From Selenomonadaceae bacterium (GTDB taxonomy: Bacteria > Bacillota > Negativicutes > Selenomonadales > Selenomonadaceae), in assembly GCA_036733925.1 (NCBI GenBank), contig DAIMZO010000001.1, forward strand, positions 31,605 through 95,604: a DNA stretch of 64,000 nucleotides, read 5' to 3'. The number at the start of each line of letters is the position of its first letter. Position 1 is the first letter of the stretch. The notes below the pieces were generated by a model. That model searched no databases, had not been told where the DNA came from, and saw only the letters and a program-made list of their open reading frames with translations. Made by a program: the position numbers and the translations under genes. This document shows, in pieces, positions 37,555 through 47,234 of the stretch.

Positions 37555-37600
37555 CCTGCGGGCATATAAGGACAGCGTTTTTTTCTATGGAGGGATAATC

Positions 37601-38074
37601 ATGATTGGGGCAGTTTCAGGCGCGCAGAACATGACGGCGGCCGCGAGCACGGCCGGGAGCGTCGTGCAGAGCGCGGATTACGCCGTGCGCGACACACAGG
37701 ACGCGCAGGCCGTGGAGGGCGCGCAGTCCGGCGGGACGCTGCAGACCTTGAACGAGCAGGCGATTGCCGGCGCGGTCAAGCAGGCGCAGGAAACCCAGGA
37801 CGCGAAAGCGGACAAGAAACAGCAGGACGAGCAGGACAATCAGAAGCTCAGTGAGGATCAGGTCGATTACATCACCAAAGAGCTGAACAAGCTCATGAGC
37901 AAGATCAACTGCAATCTGCAGTTCACCTATCACAAGGAACTCAACACCATGTCCGTCAAGATGCTGGACAAGAAGACCCATGAAGTGATCAAGGAGGTTC
38001 CGCCGGAGAAACTGATCAAGCACATGATCAAGGCGAAGGACTGGCTCGGGGCCTTCCTCGATAAGAAGATTTAA
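37601..38074 (+). CDS. flaG: FlaG-family protein
   Basis: C-terminal LQFTYHKELNTMSVKMLDKKTHEVIKEVPPEKLI is the FlaG signature. Confidence 0.8.
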   Translation: MIGAVSGAQNMTAAASTAGSVVQSADYAVRDTQDAQAVEGAQSGGTLQTLNEQAIAGAVKQAQETQDAKADKKQQDEQDNQKLSEDQVDYITKELNKLMSKINCNLQFTYHKELNTMSVKMLDKKTHEVIKEVPPEKLIKHMIKAKDWLGAFLDKKI

Positions 38075-38125
38075 GCGCGGATTCCAGGTTCTGCCATGGC
38101 AGGACGTGCAGAGGAGGAATAGAAA

Positions 38126-39871
38126 ATGTCCGTTACAAGAGGTATATACGGTCTCTCGGGCTCCGGTATCGACGTTGACTCCATGGTCAAGGTCGGCATG
38201 ATGAGCTATCAGAACCGTTACGACAAGATGTACAAGCAGGAGGTCAAGAACGAGTGGATGAAAGAGGCCTACTCCGACATCTACAACGACCTCAACACAT
38301 TCAATATGTCAACGCTGTCGAGCTACAAGATGACGTCGAAGACGAGCCCGATGCTCGCGACGAGTTCAAATACGACGGCCGTGACGGCCGTTGCGAATGC
38401 CGACGCCGCGACGATGTCCCATACCGTGACGGTCTCGGATCTCGCGTCGAATGCGTATTTGCTGACGGGCGGCGATTCGTCGGCGAATATCAAGGGACTC
38501 ACGCGTGCGAATACGGATAGCACCGCATCGAGCAGTGTGAAGCTCAAGGATATCGTGTTCACGGCGGATCAGCAGGCAAACTACGAAGAAGCGCTGAAAA
38601 ATGGTACCATCAAGGACACGGATACGCTCATCAGCTTCCAGATCGCGGATGGGGATTCCACGAACAGCAATGCGAAAACGGCGACGATTTCGCTGACTTA
38701 TGCGGATCTGTTCACCAGCGAAGAGACGATGAACGACCTCGCCTCGAAAATCAATTCGTCCGGCGTCAATATCCGTGCATCGTTCGATGCGACGAACGAC
38801 GCGTTCTCGCTCTATCAGAAAGATGGCGGAACCAAGAATAAGATCATCCTTTCCGCAGCGCCGACAACCGGGACGGACGCGGTCAGCCCAGATGCGCAGA
38901 CCAATGGAACGAACCTGCTGAACAACCTGAATCTGTATGAGGTCACGCAGAGCGTCGACAAGACGACGGGAGAGAAATCAAGTTCTCTTTCCAAGAAGGT
39001 TTCTGTGGCAGCGGACAGCAGTTATACGGCTTCTGGTACGCAGGCGACTGTGGTCATCGACGGCAAAACATACGATTCTGACACGGGCCGCGTGACGGTC
39101 GGCGGCGTCACGTACACGCTGAACTCAATCGGTTCGTCGACGGTTTCCGTTTCGCAGGATACGGATACGCTGGTCAAGAACGTGCAGGCGTTCGTCGATG
39201 ACTACAACAAGATGTTCGACGAGCTCACGGACAAATACTACGAGACGCAGTACAGCGACTACGGTGTCCTGACGAAGACGCAGGAAAACGGCATGACGGC
39301 TGACCAGATCACGAAGTGGAACGAGAAGGCGAAATCCGGCCTGCTCTACCATGATCAGACGCTCAGCAAGATCATCTCGGCGATGCGCGAGGCCATCGCG
39401 ACGCCGGTCGACTCGTCGACAAGCTCCTACAACTCGATGATGTCCATCGGCATTTCGTCTTCGACGGATCAGGGACACCTGACGCTCGACACGAATAAGC
39501 TCAAGACCGCACTCGCGGCAGATCCGGACTGCGTGCGCAATATCTTCGCGGCGTCCGGCGACGTCACGACGACGAAGAACGGCGAGACCACGACGACGAC
39601 GGATTACGACAGCGAGGGCGTGCTGAACCGCATCAGCAATTCGCTCTACACGAACCTCAAGGCGCTGAAATCCTACGCGGGCACCTCGACGGAGTCGTCC
39701 GATGGCTCCACGCTCGGCACGCTGATCGAGACGCTCAAGACAAAGATGTCGGATTTCCAGGTTCAGATGGACGCGTACGAGGAGCAGCTCTACGACAAAT
39801 ACGACGCGATGGAGACCGCCATCCAGCAGCTCTCCGCACAGCTCGGCTACATCACCGGCAGCTCGTCGTGA
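38126..39871 (+). CDS. fliD: flagellar filament cap protein FliD
   Basis: 581 aa. N-terminal GLSGSGIDVDSMV and C-terminal YDKYDAMETAIQQLSAQLGYI motifs. Confidence 0.9.
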   Translation: MSVTRGIYGLSGSGIDVDSMVKVGMMSYQNRYDKMYKQEVKNEWMKEAYSDIYNDLNTFNMSTLSSYKMTSKTSPMLATSSNTTAVTAVANADAATMSHTVTVSDLASNAYLLTGGDSSANIKGLTRANTDSTASSSVKLKDIVFTADQQANYEEALKNGTIKDTDTLISFQIADGDSTNSNAKTATISLTYADLFTSEETMNDLASKINSSGVNIRASFDATNDAFSLYQKDGGTKNKIILSAAPTTGTDAVSPDAQTNGTNLLNNLNLYEVTQSVDKTTGEKSSSLSKKVSVAADSSYTASGTQATVVIDGKTYDSDTGRVTVGGVTYTLNSIGSSTVSVSQDTDTLVKNVQAFVDDYNKMFDELTDKYYETQYSDYGVLTKTQENGMTADQITKWNEKAKSGLLYHDQTLSKIISAMREAIATPVDSSTSSYNSMMSIGISSSTDQGHLTLDTNKLKTALAADPDCVRNIFAASGDVTTTKNGETTTTTDYDSEGVLNRISNSLYTNLKALKSYAGTSTESSDGSTLGTLIETLKTKMSDFQVQMDAYEEQLYDKYDAMETAIQQLSAQLGYITGSSS

Positions 39872-39921
39872 TGCGCGCGGCCATAGGATCTACATAACGG
39901 ACACGAAATAGGAGGAATATC

Positions 39922-40335
39922 ATGGTCAATCCAGCAGCGGAAGCCTACAAGCGTCAGCAGGTCATGACAGCAACGCCGGAGGCGCTCACGCTGATGCTCT
40001 ATAATGGCTGCCTGAAATTTATCGATGAAGGGATTCAGCATGTCGATGCCAAGGATTGGGAGAAGGCGAATATCGCACTGCAGAAGGCGCAGAACATCAT
40101 CAGCGAGTTCCGCATCACGCTGAACATGGATTATGATATCTCCCACCAGCTCATGCCGCTCTACAACTACGCCTACGACCGTCTCGTCGAGGGCAATATG
40201 AAGAGCGACACCAACCAAATCCAGGAGGCGCGCGACATCATCAAAGAGCTGCGTGACGCCTGGGCACAGGCCATGAAGAAGGCGCGCGCCGAAAAAGGTA
40301 CGCAGGGCGCGCAGGGAGGCAGCTATGTCGGATGA
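39922..40335 (+). CDS. fliS: flagellin export chaperone FliS
   Basis: YKRQQVMTATPEALTLMLYNG... is typical of FliS. Confidence 0.9.
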   Translation: MVNPAAEAYKRQQVMTATPEALTLMLYNGCLKFIDEGIQHVDAKDWEKANIALQKAQNIISEFRITLNMDYDISHQLMPLYNYAYDRLVEGNMKSDTNQIQEARDIIKELRDAWAQAMKKARAEKGTQGAQGGSYVG

Positions 40336-40699
40336 GAAAAATCCGGACCCAACGACGCAGAAAGCGCGGGATCTCTGGCAGATGTACCGCATGCTCTCGC
40401 AAGAGCTCCTGAAATTCATCGACAAAGAGGATATCGACGAGTTCCTCGATCTCGTGCGTCAGCGCGGCATCGTCGTCGACCGCATGAAGGCCATCGACGA
40501 GGCGAAGATGCAGGCGTTCCGGCAGACGCAGGAATGTCAGGGCTATATCCAGGAAATCCGCCCGCTCGACATGCAGATCGTCTACAAGGCGCGCGCGTGG
40601 CTCAACAAGAGCCGCCGCAAGAACGCGATGATTCGCAGCTACGACCTCAACGCGCTGTCCGTGAATCCTGCGGGGAATCTCGTCAATCAGAAGTATTGA
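40325..40699 (+). CDS. FliT-like helical protein (by position)
   Basis: 124 aa helical ORF overlapping the fliS stop, in the position occupied by fliT in Bacillus. Confidence 0.5.
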   Translation: MSDEKNPDPTTQKARDLWQMYRMLSQELLKFIDKEDIDEFLDLVRQRGIVVDRMKAIDEAKMQAFRQTQECQGYIQEIRPLDMQIVYKARAWLNKSRRKNAMIRSYDLNALSVNPAGNLVNQKY

Positions 40700-40746
40700 A
40701 AGGGTGCAGAAAGGGCGAAAAAAAGAAAAAAACTTCGAAAAACGCT

Positions 40747-40773
40747 TAAGTCTTTCCAGACCACTTCCGATAA
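40747..40773 (+). promoter_or_regulatory. sigma-28 (SigD/FliA) promoter of flagellin: TAAG-N15-TCCGATAA
   Basis: -35 at 40747-40750 and -10 at 40766-40773, matching 7 of 8 positions of GCCGATAA with the canonical 15 nt spacer. Confidence 0.65.
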
Positions 40774-40850
40774 TACTAGTGAAAGCAAGGGGAAAGGAAC
40801 AGCAAGGCAGGTCAGCTAGCAGCCTGCCGGGGTGTCCCGAGGCCCTTGAA

Positions 40851-40915
40851 CGGACGGGCATGGATGTCCGCCCAAAATGGTAAATGAGGGAGCGCGATGC
40901 TCCCACTCAAGGAGG
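40851..40915 (+). promoter_or_regulatory. flagellin 5' UTR with two candidate CsrA binding sites
   Basis: Hairpin CGGAC-gggcatGGAt-GTCCG (40851-40870) presents GGA in its loop. A second GGA lies in the SD AAGGAGG (40909-40915). Confidence 0.45.
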
Positions 40916-40924
40916 AAAAATATC

Positions 40925-42232
40925 ATGGCAATGGTAGTCAAAAACAACATGTCGGCAATCAGCACGCTGAATACGCTGAACAAGAACTCGTCCGCACTCA
41001 GCAAGAGCCTGCAGAAGGTCTCTTCGGGCATGAAGATCAACTCGGCAGCTGACGATGCTTCCGGGTATGCCATCTCTGAGCGTATGCGCGTCCAGATTCG
41101 CGGCCTCGATCAGGCAAACCAGAACACGCAGAACGGCAGCAGCATGATGAAGGTCGCTGAGGGCGCAGTTTCCTCGACGGTGGACATCCTGAAGACCCTC
41201 AAGGAGAAGGTCATCAACGCAGCCAACGATACGAACACGGACGCAGACCGTCAGACGATTCAGAAAGAGCTCAACCAGAGCATCGACCAGATTGACGACA
41301 ACGCGAACGTCACGTACAACGGCAAATATCTCGTCGATGGTTCGAAGAACACGGTCGGCACGGCAACGTATACGGCGCTGACGAATGAGAGCCTTTCCAC
41401 GGATACGGCTTCGAATTCGGCTCTGACGAGTCTGGCGTCCCGTTCCGGCGATGCGCTCGAGATTTCGACGGACGATAAAATTACGATTTCGTTCGTTCAG
41501 GGCGGCAAGACTTACACGACGAACTACACGGTCGGCTCGACGACGCTCAGCGATATTCTGACGAGCGCAAATGGTATGTCATCCGCTTTCAACACCTCGA
41601 TTACCACGGGCTCTGCTGTCGGCACGGCGACGTCCGGCGCAATGACCTACACGGCAAGCGGTGCAAGCGGCATCACGTTCACGGCAGCTACGGCTGGCGT
41701 TACGTCTCAGGTCGCTGCCCTGACAATCAGCATCACGGATAAGGAAGGCAATGTCAAGAAGTCCGCGAACGCTTCGCTCGATGCGTTCAATGAGACGGTT
41801 CGTGCGCAGAACAAGTCCGAGGACAACGCTATCACGTTGCAGGTCGGCACGAAAGCCAACCAGAGCATCAAGGTCGGCCTGACGGATATGCGCTCTGAGG
41901 CGCTCGGCCTGAAGGGCTCCGATGGCACGAAGCTCAACATCTCGACGCAGGCTAAGGCAAACGCTGCGGTCAACGTCCTCGACAACGCGGTGCAGAAAGC
42001 ACTCGATCAGCAGACGACAATCGGTTCCGTTGAGTCCCGCCTCGATTACACGAGCAGCAACTTGACGACGGCTTCCGAGAACGTCCAGAGCTCCGAGTCC
42101 ACAATCCGCGATGCCGATATGGCAAAGGAAATGACGGAATACACGAAGAACAACGTTCTTCTGCAGGCCGCACAGTCCATGCTCGCACAGGCAAACCAGA
42201 ACAGCAGCTCGGTACTGAGCCTGCTCCAGTAA
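40925..42232 (+). CDS. fliC: flagellin
   Basis: MAMVVKNNMSAISTLNTLNKN...SSGMKINSAADDASGYAISERM N-terminus and ...NVLLQAAQSMLAQANQNSSSVLSLLQ C-terminus. The central domain is S/T-rich. Confidence 0.95.
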   Translation: MAMVVKNNMSAISTLNTLNKNSSALSKSLQKVSSGMKINSAADDASGYAISERMRVQIRGLDQANQNTQNGSSMMKVAEGAVSSTVDILKTLKEKVINAANDTNTDADRQTIQKELNQSIDQIDDNANVTYNGKYLVDGSKNTVGTATYTALTNESLSTDTASNSALTSLASRSGDALEISTDDKITISFVQGGKTYTTNYTVGSTTLSDILTSANGMSSAFNTSITTGSAVGTATSGAMTYTASGASGITFTAATAGVTSQVAALTISITDKEGNVKKSANASLDAFNETVRAQNKSEDNAITLQVGTKANQSIKVGLTDMRSEALGLKGSDGTKLNISTQAKANAAVNVLDNAVQKALDQQTTIGSVESRLDYTSSNLTTASENVQSSESTIRDADMAKEMTEYTKNNVLLQAAQSMLAQANQNSSSVLSLLQ

Positions 42233-42260
42233 TCTGGAATCGGCCATCGGCAAAATCCAA

Positions 42261-42289
42261 CCTCTCCCCTCCTGGGGGGAGGTTTTTTT
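42261..42289 (+). terminator. rho-independent terminator after flagellin
   Basis: CTCCCC-loop-GGGGAG followed by a T7 run. Confidence 0.75.
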
Positions 42290-42303
42290 GTAGGGAGAAC
42301 GCA

Positions 42304-44895
42304 ATGCAGCTAAGTGCTTGTTATATCGTAGGGACAGAGGCGGAGGATCTCGCGCATTCCATTGCTTCACTGGCGGGCGCCTATGACGAACTCATCGTCG
42401 TGCAGACAGCGGACAGCCCGGCGGTGCGCGGCGTGATTGAGCGCTATGGCGCGCGCACCGCTGTGAGCCCCTGGCAGGAAAATTTCTCAATCCCGCGCAA
42501 CGCCGCGCTCGGGCTCGTCCGCGGGGACTGGGTGCTGTTCCTGGACGCGGACGAATCCTTCCGCTCGAGCGTGGGACTGCGCGCGGCAATTGAAGAGGCC
42601 GTGCAGCGGGAGCCGGAGGCCGAGGGGTTCCTGTTGCCACGCATCGATATCGAACCGGAAAATGGGAGCGAAATCGCGCGGGGCATGTCCCTGCGCCTGT
42701 TCCGGCATTTGGACGATATCGTCTATCAGGGCAGCGTGCATGAGAATGCCTGTCACCGCGACGGCAGTCCCCTGCGCTTCGCGGTGGCCGGGGATGCGCT
42801 GACGCTGATCCATACGGGATACTCCCGGGATGCAGCACGGCGCAAGAAAGACCGGAACCTCCGCATGATGCGGCGCGCCATCGAAAGGAACGGCCCGATT
42901 CCGGCCTATGACGGCCCAATGGCGCAGTCGTATTTCGGCGAGGGGAAGTACCGGGAGGCCGCGCGCTATGCCCGGCGCGCGCTGGAATCGGAGATCCGGG
43001 AAGCCGTGCCGGACAGCGGCATCTATCACGTATGGATCGAGTCGCTGCGCCAGCTCGGCGCACCGCTCGACGAGCAGCTGGCGGCAGCGGAGCGCGCGGT
43101 GCAGGAGCTTCCAGCTTTCCCGGAACTATGGGGCGAGCTCGGCATGATTCTCTGCGGCCTCGGGCGCCTGCCCGAGGCAGACAGGGCGTTCCAGAGGGCA
43201 TTTGCGCTGTATGCGGATCCCGGGAATGTCTCGCACCGATCCGGCTATATGACGGCGGCCATTGCGGATCAATTGAAGGAAAAACAGGATGCCGTGGAGA
43301 GAATCTTGAAAGGAGATGGGACGATGAAACAGCCTCTGCGTATTTTTGCGGGGTATATCGTGCCGGAGGAGAATGAAGACCTGCGCCGTTCCATACGGAG
43401 CGTGCAATCGACGGTCGACCATATCCTGGTCTGTCACACAGCGGAAAAGCAGATGGGAGCATTGGAGCGTACAGTTGGCGCGGAGGTATTCTTCCGCCCT
43501 TGGGATGGAGACTTTGCCGCGGCCCGCAACGCTGTCCTGCAGCGCGCGGCGGGGCGCTGCGACTGGCTCATCTTCCTCGATGCCGATGAATCGTTCACCG
43601 AGGCGTCGCAGGCGCATCTGCGTGCAATCATCGAGCGGGCAGATGTACGGGCCGAGGGCCTGCTGATCCCGCTCGTGAATATCGACGCCGACCATGGAGG
43701 AGAAACGCAGGATAAGATGCTCGCCATGCGCGTCATCCGCATGCTGCCGGGAATCCATTACGTCGGAAGAATCCACGAAAGCCTCCGCCATGCGGATGGG
43801 ACAACGCTGGTCTCCGAGCGCATCCACGAGAAGGATCTGCAGATCCTTCATACAGGCTATTCCGCTAAGAGGCGTGCCGCAAAGGGGCAGAGGAATCTGG
43901 CGATGCTCGAGCAGGAGATGCGCGAGACCAAGCATCCGGAACTGCTCTATCATTATTTCGCAGATACTTATTTCGCGATGGACCGGCTGGAGGAAGCGGA
44001 GCATTATGCGAGACTCGACGTCGGGCTCGGCCGGCAGCCGCGGACGTTTGCCTCGAAATCCTACCGGATCCTGCTCCAGATCCTCGGGAAACAGCCGGAA
44101 CGGCGCGCAGAGTATGGAAGCATCGTCCGGGACGCCGTGCGCGACTTCCCGGAGCTGCCGGAATTCCGGGCGGAGTACGCGACCGTGCTCGCGCAGGAGA
44201 AGCGATGGAAAGAGGCAGCAGACGAGATGGAACAGGCCCTTTCCCTGCTCGGCAAACCGCAGGAAGGCACGGAGATCAGCCTGTTCCCGCCGGAGTTGCT
44301 CGAGACCGCGAAAAAAGAACTCGCCCGGTGGCGGGAGAAAACCCGTCCCGCGTCGGCGGAGCACTGCCTCGCGGCGCTCGCGCAGGCAGAGGGAAGGCTG
44401 CTCATGGCCCTGCTCGCCATGGGAGATCCGGACTACCGGGCAGACCGGACGAAAGCGGAGCTGCCGGAGCGCACGCGGCGGATCCTCGACGCGCAGCATG
44501 GCATAGGCACACTGCGCGTCGAGGATGCGGACGGATACCTTTCCGTTCTCGAGGTCGTGCTGCTCGCGGATTGTCCGGCGCTCTGGGCGCGCTACGCGGA
44601 GATGGCGGCGGTGCTGCCGCGGAAGATACGCCTTCAGGCAGCCGCGCATTTTGAGGCGCGCGGGGCAATCCGGGAAGCGCGGATGCTCTATGACAGCCTT
44701 CTTGTGGAAGGCGAGCAGGATGCCGGGGTAACTCTGCACCGCGGGATATGCGCGTATCGGCTCGGAGACCGCGCAGCAGCCCGGCGCGATTTCGACCGGC
44801 TCGGGCAGGATGGCGTGCAGCTGGATGAAAAGGAGCGCCATATCCTCGAATCGTATCGGATATGGAGCAGGAGCAAAGGGGAGGAACGGTCATGA
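42304..44895 (+). CDS. tandem [GT2 glycosyltransferase - TPR] x2 protein
   Basis: 863 aa. Two paralogous modules each carry ..PW..(N/D)F...RN.AL...DW.LFLDADE and .HTGYS....K..RNL motifs followed by TPR-like helices. The second module starts at ATG 43324, which has its own AAAGGAG. Confidence 0.8.
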   Translation: MQLSACYIVGTEAEDLAHSIASLAGAYDELIVVQTADSPAVRGVIERYGARTAVSPWQENFSIPRNAALGLVRGDWVLFLDADESFRSSVGLRAAIEEAVQREPEAEGFLLPRIDIEPENGSEIARGMSLRLFRHLDDIVYQGSVHENACHRDGSPLRFAVAGDALTLIHTGYSRDAARRKKDRNLRMMRRAIERNGPIPAYDGPMAQSYFGEGKYREAARYARRALESEIREAVPDSGIYHVWIESLRQLGAPLDEQLAAAERAVQELPAFPELWGELGMILCGLGRLPEADRAFQRAFALYADPGNVSHRSGYMTAAIADQLKEKQDAVERILKGDGTMKQPLRIFAGYIVPEENEDLRRSIRSVQSTVDHILVCHTAEKQMGALERTVGAEVFFRPWDGDFAAARNAVLQRAAGRCDWLIFLDADESFTEASQAHLRAIIERADVRAEGLLIPLVNIDADHGGETQDKMLAMRVIRMLPGIHYVGRIHESLRHADGTTLVSERIHEKDLQILHTGYSAKRRAAKGQRNLAMLEQEMRETKHPELLYHYFADTYFAMDRLEEAEHYARLDVGLGRQPRTFASKSYRILLQILGKQPERRAEYGSIVRDAVRDFPELPEFRAEYATVLAQEKRWKEAADEMEQALSLLGKPQEGTEISLFPPELLETAKKELARWREKTRPASAEHCLAALAQAEGRLLMALLAMGDPDYRADRTKAELPERTRRILDAQHGIGTLRVEDADGYLSVLEVVLLADCPALWARYAEMAAVLPRKIRLQAAAHFEARGAIREARMLYDSLLVEGEQDAGVTLHRGICAYRLGDRAAARRDFDRLGQDGVQLDEKERHILESYRIWSRSKGEERS

Positions 44896-47234
44896 TCCGG
44901 ATATCGGCCTGTGTGATTGTCAGGAATGAAGAGGAGAATCTGCCAGTATGGCTGGAAAACGTCCGCCCGTTTGCGGATGAGATCCTTGTCGTCGATACCG
45001 GTTCGACGGATGCGACGCGAGAAATCGCGCGCCGCGCAGGGGCGGAGCTCTATGACTTTCCCTGGCGGAACGACTTCTCCGCGGCGAAGAATTACGCGCT
45101 CGATCAGGCGACGGGCGACTGGATTGTGTTCCTCGATGCCGATGAATATTTTGCCCCAGAGTCGCAGGCGGAGCTCCGCGGTTATCTGGAACAGATGGAC
45201 GGCGACTTCCGCATTGCCGGCCTCGTCACGCCGCTTTACAATATCGATACGGACATGGATAACCGCATCGTGAACAAGCAGTATCAGATGCGCGTTTTCC
45301 GGCGCGACCGCTATCTGCGCTTTGAAGGGAGCATCCATGAAGCGGTCATCAACCATGAGCCCGACGGGAAAAAGCGCACGCTCCGCAAGGTAGAACAATT
45401 CGTCATCTATCATACGGGATATTCCACGCATATCCTGAAGGAAAAGGGCAAGCGCAATCTCGCCTTGCTCAAGAAGGCAATTGCGCGTGACGGGGAGATG
45501 CCAATTTATGATAACTACCTGTCCGATTGCTATGCGATTGCCGGCGATTATGAGAAAGCCGCTTATTACGCGGAAAAAGCACTGAAGGCGAATCCAGCAG
45601 ATGTCGGTGTCGGGCAGAGAGAAAAGCTGTATACGACGCTCATTTCTGCCAATTTTCAGTTGAAAGCGCCGTGGGCTAGGCGCTATGCGCTGCTGGAGCG
45701 CGCGGAAAAGGAGGTGCCCGGGACGTTTATCTTTCCCGGGTGGCGCGCAGGGATGCTGTTGGAGGACGGCAGGCTTGCGGAGGCAAAAAAAATCCTGTCC
45801 CGATGCCTCGCCATGGGATATCAGGAGAAAGAACCGAGCGACGCCTGCATGACGACAGATGGCATGGTCAAGCTTCCTCATTTTGAAGCACGGATGGCAG
45901 AAATCCAGCGCGCCTGCGGGGATGAGGCGGCAGAAGAAGCGCATCTGCAGAAGTCGCTTGAGCTTTGGCCTGAGCAGAAGGGAGTCCTGCGGCGTTATCT
46001 CGAATGCATCGGGAAGCGGCCGCCGCAGTGGCAGATCCAGGAGCTCGAACGGCTGTTCGCGGGCCGTCAGAAAAAGATCCTCGAGGAGGAACTGGCCCGG
46101 AAATTCCCGTCACCGGTCACGCAGCATTTCCTGAAGCACGCAGAGGGTTCCTATGCGGCTGCTTTCGCCTCTGGCGACCTCTGCGGCGCCGCGCAGCTCG
46201 CTGCCGCAGAGGTGCGCGAAACGCGCCAGAGAGGGGAAGGGCAGGATGGCTGGAACGCGGTGCAGAAAAAGGCATGGGCTATGCTCGCGGTCCATCCAGC
46301 AGCAGAGCCGAAAATCAGCATCCTGCTGCCGACCTTCGAGCGCCCAGAGCTGTTTGAGGAGACGCTGAGGAGCGCCCTCGCACAGGACTATGCGCCGCTC
46401 GAAATCCTGGTTTGCGACAACAGCCGGGACGACCGGACGGAAACGCTCGTGCAGAAATATCTCGGGGATGCGAGGCTATCGTACTGCCATCAGCGCAATG
46501 CGCGGACGAAGGCGGAGAATTTCCAGTCCTTCCGCCAGCTCGCGACGGGCGATTATTTCCAATGGCTCATGGATGATGATCTGCTCCTGCCCAAGAAGCT
46601 CAGCAAGATGGCGGCTATTCTCAAAACGAATCCGCAGGTCCGTCTCGTGACGTCGGAACGCGCTTTTATCGATGCAGAGGGCCGGATCATCGAGCAGCCG
46701 CGCCCGTTCTCGATTCAGGGGGAGTACGGCGTATTTGACGGTGCGGAGCTTAGCCGGATCATGCTGCGGGAATGCCGCAATCCGGTCGGGGAGCCGTCGG
46801 CGGTACTGTTCCGCCGCAATGACCTCGAGGATCATTATTTCGATGCGGCATGCCGCGGCTACCGGACGATATCCGACGTCGCGATGTGGCTGGAACTCAT
46901 GGAGAAAGGCGATATCGCCGTATTTGCGGAGCCGCTTTCCTGCTATCGCCGCCACGCGGGACAGGAGGGGCAGCAGCCCGATGTGCTCGTGCTCTCGCGT
47001 ATCGAGTGGTTCGAGCTCAATACCGATTATCTGGAGAAACGGCATGCCTTCGGCTATGGGAAGCCGGACTACCTCGCGGCATGCCGGAAACTGCTCGCGG
47101 TCAGTGAGAGACTCCTTCCGCTGGAGGCGCAGGTGCGGCCGGCACTATGGGAGCTGTACGAGGGCTGCCTCGGAACCATACGTCATATTCTGAAGGAGGC
47201 CAAAGAAGTTGAACCGGGAAAAGAAAATCCTTGA
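44892..47234 (+). CDS. GT2 - TPR - GT2 multidomain glycosyltransferase
   Basis: The N-terminal module is paralogous to the previous gene (FPWRNDFSAAKNYAL..GDWIVFLDADE, YHTGYS). The C-terminal module is a classical GT2 (ISILLPTFERPELFEETLRSALAQDY...VCDNSRDD). ATGA overlap with the upstream gene. Confidence 0.8.
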   Translation: MIRISACVIVRNEEENLPVWLENVRPFADEILVVDTGSTDATREIARRAGAELYDFPWRNDFSAAKNYALDQATGDWIVFLDADEYFAPESQAELRGYLEQMDGDFRIAGLVTPLYNIDTDMDNRIVNKQYQMRVFRRDRYLRFEGSIHEAVINHEPDGKKRTLRKVEQFVIYHTGYSTHILKEKGKRNLALLKKAIARDGEMPIYDNYLSDCYAIAGDYEKAAYYAEKALKANPADVGVGQREKLYTTLISANFQLKAPWARRYALLERAEKEVPGTFIFPGWRAGMLLEDGRLAEAKKILSRCLAMGYQEKEPSDACMTTDGMVKLPHFEARMAEIQRACGDEAAEEAHLQKSLELWPEQKGVLRRYLECIGKRPPQWQIQELERLFAGRQKKILEEELARKFPSPVTQHFLKHAEGSYAAAFASGDLCGAAQLAAAEVRETRQRGEGQDGWNAVQKKAWAMLAVHPAAEPKISILLPTFERPELFEETLRSALAQDYAPLEILVCDNSRDDRTETLVQKYLGDARLSYCHQRNARTKAENFQSFRQLATGDYFQWLMDDDLLLPKKLSKMAAILKTNPQVRLVTSERAFIDAEGRIIEQPRPFSIQGEYGVFDGAELSRIMLRECRNPVGEPSAVLFRRNDLEDHYFDAACRGYRTISDVAMWLELMEKGDIAVFAEPLSCYRRHAGQEGQQPDVLVLSRIEWFELNTDYLEKRHAFGYGKPDYLAACRKLLAVSERLLPLEAQVRPALWELYEGCLGTIRHILKEAKEVEPGKENP

